Source of the DNA: Candidatus Spongiisociaceae bacterium
Lineage (GTDB): Bacteria; Actinomycetota; Acidimicrobiia; Spongiisociales; Spongiisociaceae
Assembly: GCA_965219685.1 (NCBI GenBank)
Contig: CBDCOH010000002.1
Location: forward strand, 2,272,001 to 2,336,000
Reading direction: 5' to 3'
Length of the DNA: 64,000 nucleotides
Shown: positions 59,084 through 64,000 of the stretch, piece after piece
How the letters are laid out: each line of letters begins with the position of its first letter
Position numbering within the stretch: position 1 is the first letter of the stretch
Position numbers and translations under genes: made by a program
Notes under the pieces: generated by a model
Databases searched by the model: none
What the model was told of the DNA's origin: nothing
Seen by the model: only the letters and a program-made list of their open reading frames with translations

Positions 59084-59123
59084 GGATCGCACCGGCCGCC
59101 AACCAGCAGCCACCAGCAAGGGG

Positions 59124-59152
59124 TTGACAAGGAGGGTTCGGGGAACAAGACT
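59124..59152 (+). promoter_or_regulatory. Putative sigma-A promoter
   Basis: TTGACA-N17-AAGACT; predicted +1 falls at about the leader ATG. Confidence 0.5.
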
Positions 59153-59160
59153 CGCGCCAG

Positions 59161-59193
59161 ATGAACTGTCACACCGGGATCATTATCGACTAG
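59161..59193 (+). CDS. Ile-rich leader peptide MNCHTGIIID
   Basis: ATC-ATT-ATC just before TAG; followed by a terminator and cimA. Confidence 0.7.
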   Translation: MNCHTGIIID

Positions 59194-59225
59194 GGGCATA
59201 GGGACCCGAAGAACCCCTTGCCCCC

Positions 59226-59257
59226 AACCCTGCGCTCCGGCGGAGGGTTTTTTCTTT
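59226..59257 (+). terminator. Attenuator terminator
   Basis: AACCCT...AGGGTT stem followed by TTTTCTTT, upstream of cimA. Confidence 0.75.
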
Positions 59258-59307
59258 GCCCGCACGCAGTGCGCAGGCAGGGACAGGAGCGACGGAAGCG
59301 AGAGAAC

Positions 59308-60879
59308 ATGGCACACGCCCGGCTCGAGATCTACGACACCACCCTGCGCGACGGCGCCCAGCAGGAGGGTATCTCGCTGACCGTCTCCGACAAGCTGCGG
59401 ATCGCGAACCTGCTCGACCAGTTGGGCGTCGCCTACATCGAGGGAGGCTGGCCGGGCGCCAACCCGAAGGACAGCGAGTTCTTCAAGAGAGCCCGCTCGG
59501 AACTGAACCTGGGAACCTCCACGCTGACGGCTTTCGCCTCGACCCGCAGACCCCGAGGCGCCGTCGACGGGGATCTGCAGATGCTCAACCTTCTGGAAGC
59601 GGACACCGAAGTGGTGTGCATCGTGGGCAAGGCATGGGACTACCACGTCAGGGAAGCACTGCGAACCGACCTCGACGAAGGGATCGCGATGGTTGCCGAT
59701 TCGGTCGCCTACCTGGTACGTCATGGCAGACGGGTGTTCTTCGACGCGGAACACTTCTTCGACGGGTATGCCGCCGATCCCGGGTTCTCGCTGGCGGTCC
59801 TGCGAGCGGCTCTCGAGGAAGGGGCGGAACGGCTTGTGCTCTGCGACACCAACGGGGGCCGCCTGGTAGCGCAGGTGACCGACACCGTCCTCCAAGTTCA
59901 GGATGCTCTGCCTGAAGCCGAACTCGGGGTCCACTTTCACAACGACGCGGGATGCGCGGTAGCCTCGTCGCTGGCTGCCGCGGACCTTGGTGTGCGCCAG
60001 GTCCAGGGTTGCATCAACGGGTACGGAGAGCGCACCGGCAATGCCGATCTCTCCACCATCCTTCCCGACCTGGTGCTCAAGATGGGAGTTCCGGTACTCG
60101 ACCCTGCGAGATTGGAAACCCTGTCTCCCATCGCCCACCACATCGCCGAGATCGTCAACATCAGCCTCGACCCCCACAGCCCTTACATCGGGACCTCGGC
60201 GTTCACCCACAAGGCCGGCCTGCATACTTCCGCCCTGGCTCGTCGACCCGACGCCTACGAGCACCAGGACCCGGCACTGGTCGGCAACCGCACGAGGATG
60301 GTGGTCTCCGAGTTGTCGGGCAAGGCAACCATCCTCTCCAAGGCCGAGGATCTCGGAATCGAGTTGAGCGGCCACCAGGCCATCGAGGTTCTGGACGAGA
60401 TCAAGCACATGGAGCACCGCGGCTATCACTTCGAGGCGGCGGACGGATCCTTCGAGCTGATGCTGAGACGGGCCACCGGGTGGACGCACGACTACTTCGA
60501 ACTGGAGTCGTTCCGGGTGTTCACCGAGCGGCGCGGTGGCGAAGCCACCCTGGCGGAGGCAACGGTGAAGCTGACTATCCGGGGCGAGAGGATCATCACC
60601 ACGGGCGAGGGAAACGGTCCGGTCAACGCACTGGACCACGCCCTGAGGGGCGCGCTCATCCTCCACTTCCCCGAACTCGCCGCTCTCCGGCTCACCAACT
60701 ACAGGGTGAGGGTGTTGGACGCCACCGAGTCGACCGCAGCGACAGTCCGGGTGTTCATAGAGATGAGCGACGGTGTGAGCGCCTGGGGTTCGATCGGTGT
60801 GCATACCAACGTGATCGAAGCCTCCTGGGAAGCGCTGGAAGACGGCATCGTCCTCGGGCTGCTCCGGGCGGGTGCCTAG
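59308..60879 (+). CDS. cimA: Citramalate synthase
   Basis: DTTLRDGAQQEG, IEGGWPGANPKD, DAEHFFDG, HFHND, GNGPVNALD. Confidence 0.92.
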   Translation: MAHARLEIYDTTLRDGAQQEGISLTVSDKLRIANLLDQLGVAYIEGGWPGANPKDSEFFKRARSELNLGTSTLTAFASTRRPRGAVDGDLQMLNLLEADTEVVCIVGKAWDYHVREALRTDLDEGIAMVADSVAYLVRHGRRVFFDAEHFFDGYAADPGFSLAVLRAALEEGAERLVLCDTNGGRLVAQVTDTVLQVQDALPEAELGVHFHNDAGCAVASSLAAADLGVRQVQGCINGYGERTGNADLSTILPDLVLKMGVPVLDPARLETLSPIAHHIAEIVNISLDPHSPYIGTSAFTHKAGLHTSALARRPDAYEHQDPALVGNRTRMVVSELSGKATILSKAEDLGIELSGHQAIEVLDEIKHMEHRGYHFEAADGSFELMLRRATGWTHDYFELESFRVFTERRGGEATLAEATVKLTIRGERIITTGEGNGPVNALDHALRGALILHFPELAALRLTNYRVRVLDATESTAATVRVFIEMSDGVSAWGSIGVHTNVIEASWEALEDGIVLGLLRAGA

Positions 60880-60882
60880 TGA

Positions 60883-60918
60883 TGGTGGGTGGTGAGTGGT
60901 GAATGGTGAATGGTGAAT
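60883..60918 (+). repeat. Heptamer array (TGGTGRR)x5
   Basis: Directly after the cimA stop. Confidence 0.9.
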
Positions 60919-60982
60919 CCGGGTGCGCCGGACGGTCGGTTAGGGTGCCGCAGATGCAGCGAGAACACCGGAATCCTTGGGC

Positions 60983-61756
60983 ATGAGCAGCGGGCCTCGA
61001 GTTTCGGAGTCGCTGCTGGAGGAGGCCGCCGAACTGGCGCGAAGAGCGGGTCGGCTGACCCTCGACTGGTACAGCCCCACCGTGGAGGTTGTCACCAAAG
61101 GGGACGGGAGCCCGGTGACGGCAGCTGATCGAGCTGCCGAACAACTGCTCAGGACCGAACTCGCCAAACGCTTTCCGCGTGACGCGATCATGGGAGAGGA
61201 ACATGGCTATTCAGATGGCGCCTCTGACCGAACGTGGTTCATCGACCCCATCGACGGCACCCAGTCGTTCATAAGAGGCGTTCCACTGTTCGCCACCCTG
61301 CTGGCCTTGGAAGACGCCGACGGCGTGGCAGTAGGGGTGATCGACCTGCCCGCGCTGGGGGAGACAGTGATGGCGGGCCGCGGCCTAGGGTGTTTCCTGA
61401 ACGAGCAGAGGATAACCGTCGGTGACAAGTCCGAGTTGAATGGATCGGTCCTGTGCACAAGTAGCTTCGACCTGATACCTGACGACACAGCCCGTCTTCT
61501 CCAACGCAGTTCCATGATTATCAGGGGCTGGGGCGACGCGTACGGCTATGCCCTGCTAGCTGCAGGCCGGATCGAGGCCATGTTCGATCCGGTTGTCAAA
61601 CCCTGGGATGTGGCGCCGATGGCGGTGGTCATCCCCGAGGCGGGCGGAACCTTCACCGACTGCACGGGAAGGCTGGACATTCGTTCGGGTACGGGTCTGG
61701 CGACGAACGGGTCGCTACACGACGAGATCTTGTCGATCATCGCCGGCCGCGACTGA
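60983..61756 (+). CDS. hisN: Inositol monophosphatase-family histidinol-phosphatase
   Basis: SPVTAAD, GEE, DPIDGT, RGWGDAYGY, WDVA. Confidence 0.8.
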   Translation: MSSGPRVSESLLEEAAELARRAGRLTLDWYSPTVEVVTKGDGSPVTAADRAAEQLLRTELAKRFPRDAIMGEEHGYSDGASDRTWFIDPIDGTQSFIRGVPLFATLLALEDADGVAVGVIDLPALGETVMAGRGLGCFLNEQRITVGDKSELNGSVLCTSSFDLIPDDTARLLQRSSMIIRGWGDAYGYALLAAGRIEAMFDPVVKPWDVAPMAVVIPEAGGTFTDCTGRLDIRSGTGLATNGSLHDEILSIIAGRD

Positions 61757-61774
61757 CCGGCAACGGGAAACCAG

Positions 61775-61829
61775 CCACCACCCACCACCCACCACTCACC
61801 ACTCACCACTCACCACTCACCACTCACTA
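61775..61829 (-). repeat. Heptamer array (CACCACY)x~7.5
   Basis: Read directly between hisN and the Gfo gene. Confidence 0.9.
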
Positions 61830-61840
61830 GCCTTTCCTCC

Positions 61841-63100
61841 GTGGTACACGAGGCCATGCTGCTGGGCGCGGGGCAACGGGGTCGGTATGTGTATGGCGAC
61901 TACGCCTCCCGCAATCCGGACCGGCTTCGGTTCGTCGCGGTCGCCGAACCGGACGATCTCCGGCGGCGGATCTTCGCGGAGGAGCACGGCATCCCCGCCT
62001 CCCGCCGGTTTGCCGACTGGCCCGAGATGCTGGATTCCGAACCGGCGCGGGTCTGCGTCATCGCCACACCCGACCGGCACCACGCAGCACCCGCTATCGC
62101 TGCCCTGGGCCAGGGTCTTGATGTCCTGCTCGAGAAGCCGGTGGCGCACAGCCTGCGGCGGTGCTTCGAAGTGTTGGAAGCCGCGAGGCTCAGTTCAGGA
62201 AGCCTGACCGTCGCCCACGTGCTCCGCTACACCCCGTTCTTCACCACCCTCAACCGGTTGATAGGTTCGGGCCGTCTGGGCAGCTTGATCACGATCGAGC
62301 ACCGGGAGGACGTCGCCTACTGGCACATGGCTCACAGTTTTGTACGGGGAAACTGGGCACGATCCGGCGAATCCACTCCGATGATCGTCCAGAAGTGCTG
62401 CCACGATTTCGACATCCTTGCTTGGAACCTCGCCGCAGGCGAAGGCTCGCGGGTGACGGGTGTGCAGTCCTTCGGCTCTCTCATGCACTTCCGTCGCGAA
62501 CATGCCCCGGCCGGCGCAACCCCGAGATGCACGGATCCCTGCCCCGCAGCCTCGACCTGCCCTTTCGACGCCGCTCGCCTCTACCTGGATCCGGCGCGAG
62601 CGGGATGGCCCGTCCACACGATCTCCGACGACCTGTCCCCCCGAGGACGGGAACGTGCTCTCGCCGATGGCCCCTACGGACGGTGCGTCTACACCGCCGG
62701 CTCGGACGTGGTCGATCATCAGACCGTGGCGATGGAGACGTCCTCGGGGGCGACCGCCGTGCTCGTGATGAACGGTCATTCCGCCCGCCAGGAACGGACC
62801 GCCCGCTACCACGGCACTCGAGGGTCGGTGATCAGCACATTCGGAAGCCGCCCCGCAATCGAGTTCACCGATCATCTGGGCGGTGCGACAAGCCGGATTC
62901 CCATACCGGCGGCCGACGGAGGTCATGGCGGGGGTGATTCGGGGCTGATCAAGGCGTTCCTCGACTCCCTGGAAACAGGAGAATCCTCGAAGACCTCTAC
63001 CGAAACCTGGTTCGAGAGCCACCTGCTCGCCTTCGGCGCGGAGCAGTCGCGACTCACGGGCGCAGCGGTTGACATCGATCACGTTCGGATTAGGTGTTAG
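61841..63100 (+). CDS. Gfo/Idh/MocA oxidoreductase
   Basis: GAGQRG, EKP, HSFVRGNW, KCCHDFD, HGGGD. Confidence 0.9.
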   Translation: MVHEAMLLGAGQRGRYVYGDYASRNPDRLRFVAVAEPDDLRRRIFAEEHGIPASRRFADWPEMLDSEPARVCVIATPDRHHAAPAIAALGQGLDVLLEKPVAHSLRRCFEVLEAARLSSGSLTVAHVLRYTPFFTTLNRLIGSGRLGSLITIEHREDVAYWHMAHSFVRGNWARSGESTPMIVQKCCHDFDILAWNLAAGEGSRVTGVQSFGSLMHFRREHAPAGATPRCTDPCPAASTCPFDAARLYLDPARAGWPVHTISDDLSPRGRERALADGPYGRCVYTAGSDVVDHQTVAMETSSGATAVLVMNGHSARQERTARYHGTRGSVISTFGSRPAIEFTDHLGGATSRIPIPAADGGHGGGDSGLIKAFLDSLETGESSKTSTETWFESHLLAFGAEQSRLTGAAVDIDHVRIRC

Positions 63101-63110
63101 GCGTTAGGTG
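63090..63110 (+). repeat. Heptamer array (TTAGGYG)x3
   Basis: Contains the Gfo stop codon. Confidence 0.8.
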
Positions 63111-63176
63111 TGAAACGTTAGATGGACTGTACAAGAATAGTTATCCGTACATGGCCAGCCGCTGACACCCTGACCA

Positions 63177-63713
63177 TCAGTAGCCGCCTAGACCGAGGAG
63201 GCTCCGGACCATCCTGGCGGTGGCACCCCACAGCACGTCGCCGTCGATGTCGAAGAAGTACACCGGACGACCGTTCCAGTCCTCGACTCGCCATCTCGAC
63301 TCTGCCCGCAGCGACCGGATGGAGGGCGTGAGTATCCGGTCGACCTCGTTCGGATCGGGTACCAGATCGGGGACGCCCGGCAGCCGTCCCACGACGGGTA
63401 CCACCATCCGGGGATACGTAACGGTGTGGATGGCCGGGAGGTAGCCCAGTACCTCTACATCCTCGGGATCTATCCCGACCTCCTCGTGGGCTTCGCGCAG
63501 CGCGGTGTCGAGTGGGATCTCGCCGGCTTCCGGTTTACCGCCCGGAAAGGCAAGATCCCCACCATGGGTTGGCATGTGAACCGGCCGCCTGATTAGCACC
63601 ATCCGTATCTCCTCCCCATCCGGGTAGAGGGGTGCGAGAACTGCCGCCCTCTGCACGGGGCTGTCCGGGGGCGGCTGGGGGTGCAGGTGCAGCGACTGCC
63701 AGAAGTCCTTCAT
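63177..63713 (-). CDS. Nudix CoA pyrophosphatase
   Basis: AAVL, HGGDLAFPGG, TALREAHEEVG, LWGATA. Confidence 0.9.
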   Translation of the reverse strand: MKDFWQSLHLHPQPPPDSPVQRAAVLAPLYPDGEEIRMVLIRRPVHMPTHGGDLAFPGGKPEAGEIPLDTALREAHEEVGIDPEDVEVLGYLPAIHTVTYPRMVVPVVGRLPGVPDLVPDPNEVDRILTPSIRSLRAESRWRVEDWNGRPVYFFDIDGDVLWGATARMVRSLLGLGGY

Positions 63714-63795
63714 CCCTGGGGATGGTACGCGAGATGCAATCCTCCGCTTCCCCCGACCAACGCCGCCATGCCGAAGCCTTTAGGCTCCACCTGAC

Positions 63796-64000
63796 ATGAA
63801 CAGACCACCTCGCGAGCCATTGCCACCTGCGGACCGCCACAGCGAACGTTTCGTGCTTCGCCCGTTCCGCAGGAAGGACATCGACCCTCTGTTCAGGGCG
63901 GTCACCGTCTCGCAGCCCGAGTTGGCGGAGTTCCTGCCATGGGCCGCAACCCAATACACGAGAGCCCGGGCCGCAAGCTTCGTGCGGGAGAGCATCCAGT
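63796..64000 (+). CDS. RimJ/RimL-type GNAT acetyltransferase (3' truncated)
   Basis: Manual translation: SERFVLRPFRRKDIDPLFRAV..SQPELAEFLPWA. Confidence 0.7.
   Translation, partial: MNRPPREPLPPADRHSERFVLRPFRRKDIDPLFRAVTVSQPELAEFLPWAATQYTRARAASFVRESIQ

Noticed and set aside
58982-59119. N-terminal extension of TrpS, and other ORFs with TIHHSP/TTHHS repeats (2928-3797, 37419-37700, 37915-38202, 42134-42604)
   Set aside because: These are translations of the stop-free CA-rich strand of heptamer arrays, not credible proteins.

Overview
GC-rich actinobacterial chromosome segment, most likely Acidimicrobiia (inference from WhiB, UPF0182/PDZ-Lon/DUF2342 synteny, GuaB3, MDMPI, LLM enzymes and an SLH-like surface protein). 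Most of it is housekeeping: sdhCAB, mdh, icd, sucCD, folD, purH, tal, pcrA, guaA/guaB3, trpS, cimA, hisN, moaE, bioY, tatA, HU, whiB. Accessory content includes a Mo-hydroxylase/dihydropyrimidinase/C-N hydrolase operon, a DegT-LLM-EamA operon and three toxin-antitoxin loci, two of them degraded. Signals not explained by the ORF track: (1) a UGSC-family selenoprotein split at an in-frame TGA, with a bSECIS-like hairpin and a thioredoxin-fused partner gene; (2) about 17 intergenic loci with period-7 tandem arrays of several unit sequences, arranged GT-rich then CA-rich, often starting at stop codons and sometimes followed by an ACGTTA-like motif; (3) a 250-bp diverged duplication of the guaA 3' end enclosing an integrase-free TA cassette, next to an IS630-like MITE; (4) AATnACA-N4-TGTnATT (McdR/BldO-type) palindromes at whiB, pcrA and vapBC; (5) two DnaA boxes at the start of a DivIVA-like gene; (6) an Ile-rich leader peptide attenuator before cimA; (7) a ~135-nt structured element at 259-392. 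All calls are by eye; no database searches were run.
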